This document shows positions 19,841 through 28,076 of a stretch of DNA of 64,000 bases, one piece after another (position 1 is the first letter of the stretch; each line of letters starts with the position of its first letter). Location of the stretch: NCBI GenBank assembly GCA_051382295.1, contig JBBCAW010000012.1:128001-192000 (forward strand). Direction: 5' to 3'. A program made the translations under genes and the position numbers. The notes below the pieces were generated by a model. The model was given only the letters and a program-made list of their open reading frames with translations, had not been told where the DNA came from and searched no databases. Source of the stretch: Bdellovibrionota bacterium FG-1. Its GTDB lineage: Bacteria; Bdellovibrionota; UBA1018.

Positions 19841-20869
19841 ATGAAGAATCTTAATTCCGATCTCAAAAACATTTCCGCTAATGAACTCCTGAGTCGCACC
19901 AAAAATCTCGTAGCAGAAGAACGTCGGCTCACGGTTTTACTCATTTCGCACCTCGAAGAAATCCAGACGCGCAGACTTTATGCCGCGCAAGGCTTTAGCT
20001 CGATGTGGGAATTCTGCACTCGGTTTTTGGGCTTAAGCGAAGGAGCCGCGCAACGCCGACTTGCGGCGATGAGACTCGCGCACGACGCGCCGGAGGCGAA
20101 GGCTGCGCTCGAATCAGGGGCGCTTTCGCTCAGTAATGCGGCAAAAATCCATTCGTTTCGGCAAAATCAGAAAAAACAGGGTAAAAGCCCCATGCCGGCG
20201 CGGGAGCTCATCGAGCAAGTTGAATCCATGTCTCAGCGAGAGTGCGAGGCCAAACTTCATGAAATTGCGCCCGACGCCTTGCCGTTCGAACGCGAGCGGA
20301 TTGTTTCGGCTCAGAAAGACCATGAACTCAAAATCGTCATCTCAGACGAAGTTTATCAGAATCTGCAGCTCATCAAGGGACTCCTCGCGCACGCCAAACC
20401 CAATGCAACCCTGGGGGAATTACTTGAATACCTGGTGAACGAAACTCTGCCGCGCCTTGAAAAAAAGAAGGGTATGGTGACCATGCAACCCGAGGCGCAA
20501 ACCACCGCCGCAGCGATAGTGCCGACCCCCGCTGCGCCAGCGAAAGCGCTTCCGGCAGGAAAACGGGTTTATTTGCCGATCAAGCTTCGGCGTGAAGTTT
20601 TTTCGCGTGCGCAAGGACAGTGTGAATATATCTATCAAGGTCGCCGGTGCACCTCTCGGTTTGCACTTGAACTCGACCATCGAACCCCTATTGCTCTTGG
20701 TGGAACCAATGATCGAGATAACCTCAGGGCTCTCTGCAAATGCCATAACCTGCAGCAAGCGCAGGAAAAATTGGGGGAATTGTGTAGCCCGGTCAAGGGT
20801 TTGAGTATCGATACCGATGGAAAATTTTCTATTTCCGCCCCGAGTTCACCGATGAGCTTGCGCCTTTGA
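19841..20869 (+). CDS. HNH endonuclease, intact paralog of 3440-4383
   Basis: RBS GGAG; LVAEERR...GFSSMWEFC...LGLSEGAAQRRL; C-terminal CEY...RCTSRFALELDHRTPIALGGTNDRDNLRALCKCHN. Confidence 0.9.
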   Translation: MKNLNSDLKNISANELLSRTKNLVAEERRLTVLLISHLEEIQTRRLYAAQGFSSMWEFCTRFLGLSEGAAQRRLAAMRLAHDAPEAKAALESGALSLSNAAKIHSFRQNQKKQGKSPMPARELIEQVESMSQRECEAKLHEIAPDALPFERERIVSAQKDHELKIVISDEVYQNLQLIKGLLAHAKPNATLGELLEYLVNETLPRLEKKKGMVTMQPEAQTTAAAIVPTPAAPAKALPAGKRVYLPIKLRREVFSRAQGQCEYIYQGRRCTSRFALELDHRTPIALGGTNDRDNLRALCKCHNLQQAQEKLGELCSPVKGLSIDTDGKFSISAPSSPMSLRL

Positions 20870-20882
20870 CCCTCGCGCGAAA

Positions 20883-20896
20883 GGCCGACCCCGACC
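20883..20896 (+). repeat. 3' fragment (GGCCGACCCCGACC) of the dispersed structured element
   Basis: 14/14 match to the 3' end of the element core at 22145-22158. Confidence 0.6.
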
Positions 20897-21066
20897 TGTG
20901 TTACTGAAGGCTTCTATTGTTTTAAGAAAGGTGTGGATTTTAGTTGGGGCTGATATGTGATTGTTAATATATGAAAAATAAAACAAATAAAGACAGTAAA
21001 TTCACTCACTAGTAATGGAGTGTTTGTTTTAATAAACATAAATGATACCATAACGGAAGAGGTTTT

Positions 21067-21372
21067 ATGAACTACGACAATGATTTGGTTGAGGTAAATT
21101 TTACGTTGAATGGCAGAACCATTAGTTATGTCATTTTGCCTGAGCGGGAGATTTTAAAAACACCATTCAGACGGGAACCTGTTGCGATAGCGATTAAGAA
21201 TGCCCTCGATGATAGTTTCATTGAACCAAAAGATTCTGCCAAAGAAGAAGGGGATATCGACGTTTATGGGGTGATTATAGGAGTAAACGGACAAAAAATT
21301 GACATTACATTTACGTTACATTTCGATCTAGTTCATGGGGTTTTCAACGTGAAAGAAATTAGGATGGTGTGA
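21067..21372 (+). CDS. Small hypothetical protein, putative type II toxin (RelE-like size and position)
   Basis: RBS GAGG; AT-rich; 101 aa; stop overlaps the downstream HTH gene. Confidence 0.55.
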   Translation: MNYDNDLVEVNFTLNGRTISYVILPEREILKTPFRREPVAIAIKNALDDSFIEPKDSAKEEGDIDVYGVIIGVNGQKIDITFTLHFDLVHGVFNVKEIRMV

Positions 21373-21374
21373 TC

Positions 21375-21743
21375 ATGACAAAGCGATCTAAGGAGCTCCT
21401 GGCAAGCCTAGAGAAGACAGAAACCCCTGGGTTTAAGAAGAGACTTCAAAAAATGAATGAAAATGGCGCAGAATCGGTCAATATGGTTAAATCGGACGAC
21501 ACCGTAGGGCGTATTAAATTTTATATTTGCGGTGCGCTGACAAAGATAAAAGTTGAAGCTAAGCTTTCTAATGAACAATTTTCGTCTTGTCTTGGCATTA
21601 CTCCGGCGCAGGGATCTCTCATCACGCACAGAAAAATTGAAAAGATGTCCTTGGATTTTCTTGTCGAAGTAGCGGCGAGGTCTGGCGCACAACATCCATC
21701 AATCCGCTTCGCGGTCGAAAGACTGAGTCTTTCTTTTGCCTAG
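21375..21743 (+). CDS. XRE-family helix-turn-helix protein, putative antitoxin
   Basis: LSNEQFSSCLGITPAQGSLITHRKIEKMSLDFLVE resembles a HigA-type XRE HTH; alternative GTG start at 21369. Confidence 0.65.
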   Translation: MTKRSKELLASLEKTETPGFKKRLQKMNENGAESVNMVKSDDTVGRIKFYICGALTKIKVEAKLSNEQFSSCLGITPAQGSLITHRKIEKMSLDFLVEVAARSGAQHPSIRFAVERLSLSFA

Positions 21744-21910
21744 GTGTTGCCTACGCCTAAGAGCCTATCTCCGGTGGCCTGCCTAAAAGCCCCTGGTAAG
21801 CATCAGGTTTCCAGACGTTTTTAGACACGTCGTCGGGGACCAGCAATGTTCGGATAGGAATCAGTCCCACGGTCCTGGTTGTTCCACCCCCCCGGACATT
21901 CTGTCTGCTT

Positions 21911-22045
21911 CGGTGCAATGTGCCTCGGTGCAGTGTGCCTCGGTGCAGTGTGCCTTGGTGCAGTGTGCCTCGGTGCAGTGTGCCTTGGTGCAGTGTGCCT
22001 TGGTGCAGTGTGCCTTGGTGCAGTGTGCCTTGGTGCAGTGTGCCG
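21911..22045. repeat. Minisatellite, 9 x 15 bp (YGGTGCAGTGTGCCT)
   Basis: Counted directly; no spacers; followed by a short inverted partial unit (GAGGCAC). Confidence 0.95.
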
Positions 22046-22057
22046 AGGCACCGTGTC

Positions 22058-22177
22058 CCCGGTTCCCACATGAAGAAATCTCCGCTGAAGGGGGAGGGGA
22101 TCCGCGCGCGCAGGATGCGCGTTTTTAGCGCGGAGGCCTAGGATGGCCGACCCCGACCCCCTTTAGCGAGATTTCTT
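22058..22177 (+). mobile_element. Dispersed ~120-bp structured element, copy A (overlaps the last codons of rimK)
   Basis: CCCGGnnCCCACAT, then arm 22073-22094, core AGGGGATCCGCGCGCGCAGGATGCGCGTTTTTAGCGCGGAGGCCTAGGATGGCCGACCCCGA, and anti-arm 22157-22177. Mobility is inferred from the dispersed copies. Confidence 0.7.
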
Positions 22178-23038
22178 GCGCATATGGCGAATCATCATCG
22201 CCGCGATATTCAGCCCCGTGGCTTTTTCGATTCCCTCAAACCCGGGCGAACTGTTCACTTCCAAAATGAGTGGTCCCTCGTGACTTTCCATGAGGTCGAC
22301 CCCGGCGATTTCTAATCCTAAAATTTTTGCGGCACGTATAGCGGCTTTTTCGTATTCTTTATTGAGTCGCACTAAACTGCCTTCGCCGCCCCGGTGAATG
22401 TTAGATCTGAACTCGCCTTCAGGTGCCGTGCGCATCATCGCGGCGACCACCTTGTCGCCAATCACGAAAGCGCGGTAATCACGGCCAGCGGCTTCGGAGA
22501 TAAATCGTTGAATCATCACTTCCTGCTCAAGCCCGTGGAGCGTATCGAGCACCGAGCCGAGCGATACCGGGGTATGCACGAGCATCACCCCCACGCCTTG
22601 GGTGCCTTCGAGAACTTTTAACACGACAGGCATTCCGTTGACCGCTTCGACCGCAGCTCTCAGTCCTCGTGCGCTGCGACTGAGGACCGTGGCGGGAACC
22701 AAAAGTCGCGCACGAGTCAGGATCTGAAGGCAGGTCATCTTATCGCGCGAATTTCCGATGGCTTCACAGCTATTGACCGTGTACATGCCCAGGACTTCGA
22801 ATTGCTTGACCACCGCCAACCCGTAGGTCGTGATGGAAGCCCCGATTCTGGGTAAAACCGCATCGAAATGCGGAATGGCCCTGCCATTGACCATGATTCG
22901 AGTGCGCTTGCCATCCACCACCACTTGGCATTCCAAAGGGTTGATGATATCGCACCGGACGCGAGCCTTTCGGGCCTCCCGTAGAAGGCGACGAATACTA
23001 TGGAGGTTTTTATTGCGCGAAAGGATCGCGATGCGCAT
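22163..23038 (-). CDS. rimK: RimK-family ATP-grasp ligase
   Basis: MRIAILSRN...SIRRL, FDAVLPRIGAS, GTQGVGV, EFRSNIHRGG, EVNSSPGFEGIE. Confidence 0.92.
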   Translation of the reverse strand: MRIAILSRNKNLHSIRRLLREARKARVRCDIINPLECQVVVDGKRTRIMVNGRAIPHFDAVLPRIGASITTYGLAVVKQFEVLGMYTVNSCEAIGNSRDKMTCLQILTRARLLVPATVLSRSARGLRAAVEAVNGMPVVLKVLEGTQGVGVMLVHTPVSLGSVLDTLHGLEQEVMIQRFISEAAGRDYRAFVIGDKVVAAMMRTAPEGEFRSNIHRGGEGSLVRLNKEYEKAAIRAAKILGLEIAGVDLMESHEGPLILEVNSSPGFEGIEKATGLNIAAMMIRHMRKKSR

Positions 23039-23046
23039 CACTCAGC

Positions 23047-23367
23047 TTACTCAGTTTGGCTGGGTTCGCGAACCTTTTGCTTGTGATCGACGACGATTTC
23101 CTTGTGTTTTCGAATCTGTTTTTCAATCTTGTCGATCGCAAGATCAATCGCTTCGTGGAAATCTTCTGAACTCGTCTCGCCGAAATAATCCATTTGATTG
23201 CCGAGCAGATGGCAATGAACGATTCGGTTGTGCTTTTCTTGGCCAAGACTCCATGTGACGTGGATCTTTCCGTTAAAAAATTTTTTCAATCGTTCGGACT
23301 TGGTCGTGCAGTACTCGCGTAGTGAATCGCTCGCGTCTATATGCTTGAAGTTAAAGTTTAGGTTCAT
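23047..23367 (-). CDS. hpf: Ribosome hibernation promoting factor (HPF/RaiA)
   Basis: Downstream of rpoN; HIDASDSLREY...AIDLAIDKIEKQIRKHKE. Confidence 0.9.
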   Translation of the reverse strand: MNLNFNFKHIDASDSLREYCTTKSERLKKFFNGKIHVTWSLGQEKHNRIVHCHLLGNQMDYFGETSSEDFHEAIDLAIDKIEKQIRKHKEIVVDHKQKVREPSQTE

Positions 23368-23397
23368 GCGAAGCCCCTCTCTCTCTTTCTGTTGAAT

Positions 23398-24897
23398 TTA
23401 GATGATTTTTTTGCGTTTTCCTGAAGATAGAATTCCGAGCATGTCCCGATATTTAGCCACCGTACGGCGGGCGATATCGATATTATCCGTTTTTAGAAGT
23501 TCGACTATTTTTTGGTCTGAAAGCGGATTTTTCTGATCCTCTTTGGAGATCATCTGGCGAATCTTCTCTTTGACCGCCTCGCTGGCGAGCGAATCTCCAC
23601 CATCAGCAGCGTTGATACTGGAATTGAAAAAATATTTGAGCTCAAAGATCCCTACCGGTGTGTGAACGAACTTATTGGTCGTAACACGTGAAATCGTCGA
23701 TTCGTGCATGCCGATATCGTTGGCGACGTCTTTGAGAATCATCGGCTTGAGCTGTTGGACGCCTTTTTCGAAAAAATCTCGCTGCCGCTTCACAATCGCG
23801 TCAGTCACTTTGTAGATTGTTTTCTGTCGATTATGGATCGACCGAATCAGCCAGACAGCCGAGCGGAGCTTGTCTTGAACATATTCTTTGGTGACTTTGT
23901 TTTTTTCTTTATCAGCGCCGCCTTGTGCTGCTGCTAGGATGTTTTTGTAATAGGGCGAAATGCGTAATTTTGGCATCCCATCTTCGTTGAGCACAATGAC
24001 AAACTCGTCCGCCACTTTGTACACGTAAATATCCGGGCTAATGTACTGCGTATCGCTTGAGTGAAAAGAGCGTCCTGGCTTGGGCTCAAACTCTAAAATG
24101 AGTCGCGTAGCGTCGATGATTTTATCCAGGGGCTGGTTCAGAGCCTTGGCGATGACCTGATAATTTTTGCGCTCTAGGTCAGGCAAGTGGTGGGCAATCA
24201 TCTGCTCAACCAGCGGTTGCCGAGGCATCATAAAACGAGCTTGAATCGCTAGGCATTCCTGCAAATTGCGCGAGGCGACTCCCAGGGGATCGAAATTTTG
24301 CACGATCTTCAGGACTTCTTCGGCATCCTCGAGTTCCATCCCCACTTCTTTGGAGATCTCAGCAAGATCTGCGTTAAAGTACCCATCGTCTGATAAGTTA
24401 CCAATAATGAGCTCCCCGAGTTTTCTTTCTTGGTCGGTGAGCTGGCCCATCGATAATTGCCAGGCGAGGTGGTCTTCAAGTGAGGTCGTTTTGGTGAGGA
24501 TGTTTTCAAAGGTCGGAAGTTCTTCGTTGATCTCCCTCATGGAGGGCGCAGAGCTTGAGGATGAATTAAAATCCTCAACATAGGATTCCCAATTAAAATC
24601 ATCCTTGCCTGCAACGATCTGCTCTTCTTGGGGCTGAGGCTTTTCAAAGGACTGTTCATCTCGAATTTGGGCGGCTTCGGGGTCGACATCGGGACTATCT
24701 TCGCCGGGTGCAGCTGTGAGTTCGCCTTCAGGAGTGTCCGCAATCTCTTCCAGAATGGGATTCTCCATCATTTCTTGGGTAACGACTTCTTGGAGCTCCA
24801 TGCGATTGAGCTGGAGAAGCTTAATTGCCTGTTGGAGCTGGGGGGTCATCACCAGCTGCTGACTTAGTCTTAAACTCTGTTTGATTTCCAATGCCAT
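23398..24897 (-). CDS. rpoN: RNA polymerase sigma-54 factor
   Basis: MTPQLQQAIKLLQL; HESTISRVT; RpoN box ARRTVAKYR. Confidence 0.98.
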   Translation of the reverse strand: MALEIKQSLRLSQQLVMTPQLQQAIKLLQLNRMELQEVVTQEMMENPILEEIADTPEGELTAAPGEDSPDVDPEAAQIRDEQSFEKPQPQEEQIVAGKDDFNWESYVEDFNSSSSSAPSMREINEELPTFENILTKTTSLEDHLAWQLSMGQLTDQERKLGELIIGNLSDDGYFNADLAEISKEVGMELEDAEEVLKIVQNFDPLGVASRNLQECLAIQARFMMPRQPLVEQMIAHHLPDLERKNYQVIAKALNQPLDKIIDATRLILEFEPKPGRSFHSSDTQYISPDIYVYKVADEFVIVLNEDGMPKLRISPYYKNILAAAQGGADKEKNKVTKEYVQDKLRSAVWLIRSIHNRQKTIYKVTDAIVKRQRDFFEKGVQQLKPMILKDVANDIGMHESTISRVTTNKFVHTPVGIFELKYFFNSSINAADGGDSLASEAVKEKIRQMISKEDQKNPLSDQKIVELLKTDNIDIARRTVAKYRDMLGILSSGKRKKII

Positions 24898-24925
24898 GAT
24901 GGAGTTGATGTACTTTCTGCTGTAA

Positions 24926-25660
24926 CTAGAATTGAAAATTCTCTCCTAGGTACTGCTCTCGCGCTGTCTTGCTGTTGGCAATCTCGTGCGGGGTCCCCTT
25001 TTCTAAAATTTTACCACCACTTAATAAATAACCCAAATCACAAATTTCCAATGTTTCCCGAACGTTATGGTCTGTAATTAAAACACCGATCTGTCGTTTC
25101 TTCAATACTTGGATCATTCTTTGAATGTCCCCCACTGCTATCGGATCAATGCCGGCAAAGGGTTCATCTAGCAAAAGAAATACCGGATTCAGGGCTAAAG
25201 CTCTAGCGACTTCCACTCGTCTCCGTTCGCCTCCTGATAAAGTATAAGCTTGTTGCTTCGCAATAGGTTGAATATTGAACTCCAGCAATAAATTCTGAAG
25301 TCGCTCGTGACGCTCTGTGTCTGTTAGGGGGAGTGTTTCGAGAACCGCTAAAATATTTTCTTCAGCTGTCATGCGTCGAAAAACCGAAGCTTCTTGGGGC
25401 AGATAGGCAATCCCATTGAGTGCTCGTTTGTGCATGGGCCACGAAGTCACATTCTGACCGTCGATCGTGACTGAACCGCCGTCTGCCTGAACTAATCCGA
25501 CGACCATGTAAAATGATGTCGTTTTTCCCGCGCCATTGGGTCCAAGCAAGCCTACCACCTGGCCTGACTCAACCTCGAAGCTGACCCCTTTGACTACCGT
25601 TCGCCCCTTATAGGATTTCTTGAGGTCTTTCGCGACGAGGTGGTGAATTTGGGTGCTCAT
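24926..25660 (-). CDS. lptB: LPS export ABC transporter ATPase
   Basis: GPNGAGKTT, YLPQEASVFR, LSGGERRRVE, LLDEPFAGIDP, ITDHNVRETL. Confidence 0.97.
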   Translation of the reverse strand: MSTQIHHLVAKDLKKSYKGRTVVKGVSFEVESGQVVGLLGPNGAGKTTSFYMVVGLVQADGGSVTIDGQNVTSWPMHKRALNGIAYLPQEASVFRRMTAEENILAVLETLPLTDTERHERLQNLLLEFNIQPIAKQQAYTLSGGERRRVEVARALALNPVFLLLDEPFAGIDPIAVGDIQRMIQVLKKRQIGVLITDHNVRETLEICDLGYLLSGGKILEKGTPHEIANSKTAREQYLGENFQF

Positions 25661-25662
25661 AG

Positions 25663-26916
25663 TCAGTTATTTCCTTCGCTAAACGAATTGCTGTGCTCGA
25701 CTTCGATTAAATCAGAATGCCGATGCATCAAGATAATGTCACCTGTCACTGTATCGTTATCTTGATAGGCCTGCGGAAATTCAGTCAAACGAATGACATC
25801 GCTTTGAGTGTCAAACTCCGCTTTTCCTCCTGTCGCATAACGAAGAGAAGGGGGGGCGTCTTTGGGGTTGACCGGGGGATTGACTGGGGTTTTTCCTGGC
25901 GGCGTGTCTTTTCCTTTCGTCTTATTTGGAGTTTCTTTAATAAAAACGTCTTCATAGGCAATCATATATTCAAGGAGCTGTGAATAGTCCCCGTAATGCA
26001 TCACGGCACGTCTCCCTCGGGTAAAGAGGGTGGGCTGGGTAATGCGGACAAAACGGCTTTCTAGCGGTCGATTGGGGTGCATCGTAAAAAAGGCCAGATG
26101 TTTGTCGCGGTGAATAATTGCATGATCCGAGTCAATGATTGTCGGACTATCGTCCGAAGCCTCCTCAGGCGTTGGGCTAGGCAGGGGTATTTTACTGGGC
26201 CCTGGGTTGGGGCTAGCGCTAGCGCTCACTTCAGGGGCATCCGGTAGCTTTTCGAAAATCATATGGACGGCTTCAGGCAAAATAATCTGGGATTTGGCCA
26301 TCGCAAAGTCGAGACCATGGCTGTCGAAGGTGATGTTTTGTCCTTCTTTTTCATGGCCGTCGCCGTGAACTGCGTATTGAATGGGGATTTCGACCTTTCG
26401 ATCATTGGGCTTATATCGAAGGTATTCACTTTTGAGCTCAAAACCGTCCGGAAATACCGTATGGACCTCGCCAAAGATCTCCAGGTCACGTTGATTCATA
26501 AAATACTTGGATTCTCTGCCTCGGACGACGGTTATTTTCCCATCAGGATCATAGAGATAGGCCAGGATCTGCCGTGAATGGACGATTTTTTCTTTATTAT
26601 AGAGGAAGGCTTTTTCAGCCACCAGCTTCCATTGCTTCACCCCGCTTTGGGTCGAAACGTATTGGAACTGATCAATGCTGTATTCTGGGATTTTATTTTT
26701 AGGGATTCCTGACGCCAAGGTGGCCTGCTGGTCGTCCTCGAGGAGGGTTTCGGGATCAACAGCCGTGTTTTTTTCGCCCGTCTCCTCAAGCGAAGTCGGC
26801 GAAAGAACAACGATTTTAGTGATTACCAGACCAGCAACGATCCACAAAAATAGGGGGCGCAGATGCCGTCGCGATGGCGGCTTGATCAGCTTTCCAAAAA
26901 TTTTCAGAGGAGGCAT
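25663..26916 (-). CDS. lptC: LPS export periplasmic protein, LptC N-domain fused to an LptA/OstA-like C-domain
   Basis: N-terminal TM; KQWKLVAEKA (LptC-like); Pro-rich linker; C-terminal GKAEFD...IRLTEFPQAYQDNDTVTGDII (LptA-like); directly upstream of lptB. Confidence 0.75.
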   Translation of the reverse strand: MPPLKIFGKLIKPPSRRHLRPLFLWIVAGLVITKIVVLSPTSLEETGEKNTAVDPETLLEDDQQATLASGIPKNKIPEYSIDQFQYVSTQSGVKQWKLVAEKAFLYNKEKIVHSRQILAYLYDPDGKITVVRGRESKYFMNQRDLEIFGEVHTVFPDGFELKSEYLRYKPNDRKVEIPIQYAVHGDGHEKEGQNITFDSHGLDFAMAKSQIILPEAVHMIFEKLPDAPEVSASASPNPGPSKIPLPSPTPEEASDDSPTIIDSDHAIIHRDKHLAFFTMHPNRPLESRFVRITQPTLFTRGRRAVMHYGDYSQLLEYMIAYEDVFIKETPNKTKGKDTPPGKTPVNPPVNPKDAPPSLRYATGGKAEFDTQSDVIRLTEFPQAYQDNDTVTGDIILMHRHSDLIEVEHSNSFSEGNN

Positions 26917-27029
26917 TCCTTTCTACAGTACCTCTTCTGAAGAACAGGTAACAGAAGGAAAATCGTCTAGAATTCAGACACTAGACGTTATAAGGTGCCC
27001 CAAAACAAGAGACGGGGAGATAGGGATTC

Positions 27030-28076
27030 ATGACGATCGAATTCGAAGGGCGAAAAAAAGAGCACATTCAGCTCGCCCTCAATCCTGCTCACCAAGCAGT
27101 TGGTTTGGGTGGGTTGGACCGAATTCATCTGGTTCACGAAGCTTTGCCCGAGTTCAATTTCGATGAAATCAGCTTAGAATCTCTTTGTTTGGGCGGAAAA
27201 TCGCGCACTCCTTATTATGTCGCTGCGATGACTGCTGGGCATGAAGGTGCTTCTCGCATCAATCAGGTATTAGCCGAAGTGTGTCAAAATGCAGGTTGGA
27301 TGTTGGGGGTTGGCTCCCAGCGGCGTGAGTTCGAGGAACAGGCCGAATCTTTGGTTGATCACTGGAAGCCACTTCGTGCAGCAGTGCCAAGCCTGACTCT
27401 TTTGGCCAATATTGGGATGGCTCAGGTGATTCAAGGCACCCCTGAAAGACTGAGGCGTTTGGTGGATGCTATTCAGGCTAATGCTTTGGTTGTTCATGCT
27501 AACGCGCTGCAAGAGGCACTTCAGCCCGAGGGAACGCCCCATTTCAAGGGCGCCTTTTCAGCACTTGAGCAGGTTTGCGCCAAAATCGGGGTTCCAGTCG
27601 TACTGAAAGAAACCGGCTGCGGCTTTTCAGCAAAAACGTTGCGGCGTTTCCGATCGATTGGGCTGGCTGCCGTTGATGTCAGCGGCCTGGGTGGAACCCA
27701 TTGGGGGCGGATCGAGGGGGCTCGAGCACCCGAGGGAAGTTCCCGGGCGGTTGCTGCTCAAACTTTTGCGGAGTGGGGAGAACCCACGGTTGATTCGGTG
27801 ATGGCTGCTCGAAGTGCGCTACCCGAGTCAGTCGAAATTTGGGCCTCGGGAGGCGTGCGTACTGGGCTGGACGCAGCAAAGCTGCTTGCCTTAGGGGCTC
27901 ATCAAGTGGGATTTGCAAAACCGGCTTTAGAGGCTGCTTTAGACAGTGATTTTAAATTACGGCAGTGGATGGAAGCTCGAGAATTTGAGCTTCGTGTGGC
28001 TTTGTGGTGTACCGGCTGCGTCAGTCCGATTCAACTCAGGAAAAAAGAGGAAGTATGGAAAGTAAACGCCATTTGA
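27030..28076 (+). CDS. fni: Type 2 isopentenyl-diphosphate isomerase
   Basis: RKKEHI, MTAG, GVGSQR, QEALQPEG, KETGCG, GLGGTHW, ASGGVRTGLD. Confidence 0.95.
   Translation: MTIEFEGRKKEHIQLALNPAHQAVGLGGLDRIHLVHEALPEFNFDEISLESLCLGGKSRTPYYVAAMTAGHEGASRINQVLAEVCQNAGWMLGVGSQRREFEEQAESLVDHWKPLRAAVPSLTLLANIGMAQVIQGTPERLRRLVDAIQANALVVHANALQEALQPEGTPHFKGAFSALEQVCAKIGVPVVLKETGCGFSAKTLRRFRSIGLAAVDVSGLGGTHWGRIEGARAPEGSSRAVAAQTFAEWGEPTVDSVMAARSALPESVEIWASGGVRTGLDAAKLLALGAHQVGFAKPALEAALDSDFKLRQWMEAREFELRVALWCTGCVSPIQLRKKEEVWKVNAI

Noticed and set aside
21758..21766. TAAGAGCCT shared with 49654-49662, resembling an IS end
   Set aside because: A 9-bp match is plausible by chance, and no transposase or partner inverted repeat was found.
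21911..22045. Possible CRISPR array
   Set aside because: The 15-bp units are contiguous with no unique spacers, and there are no cas genes in the window.
21757..22141. Five short ORFs with pentapeptide repeats (GTLHQ, RHTAP, CLGAV etc.)
   Set aside because: Open only because the 15-bp repeat has no stop codons; no RBS or coherent flanking protein sequence.
22095..22156. Element core as a hammerhead ribozyme or plain Rho-independent terminator
   Set aside because: No CUGAnGA/GAAA catalytic core; there is no consistent U-tract after the stem, and copy C does not directly follow a gene end.
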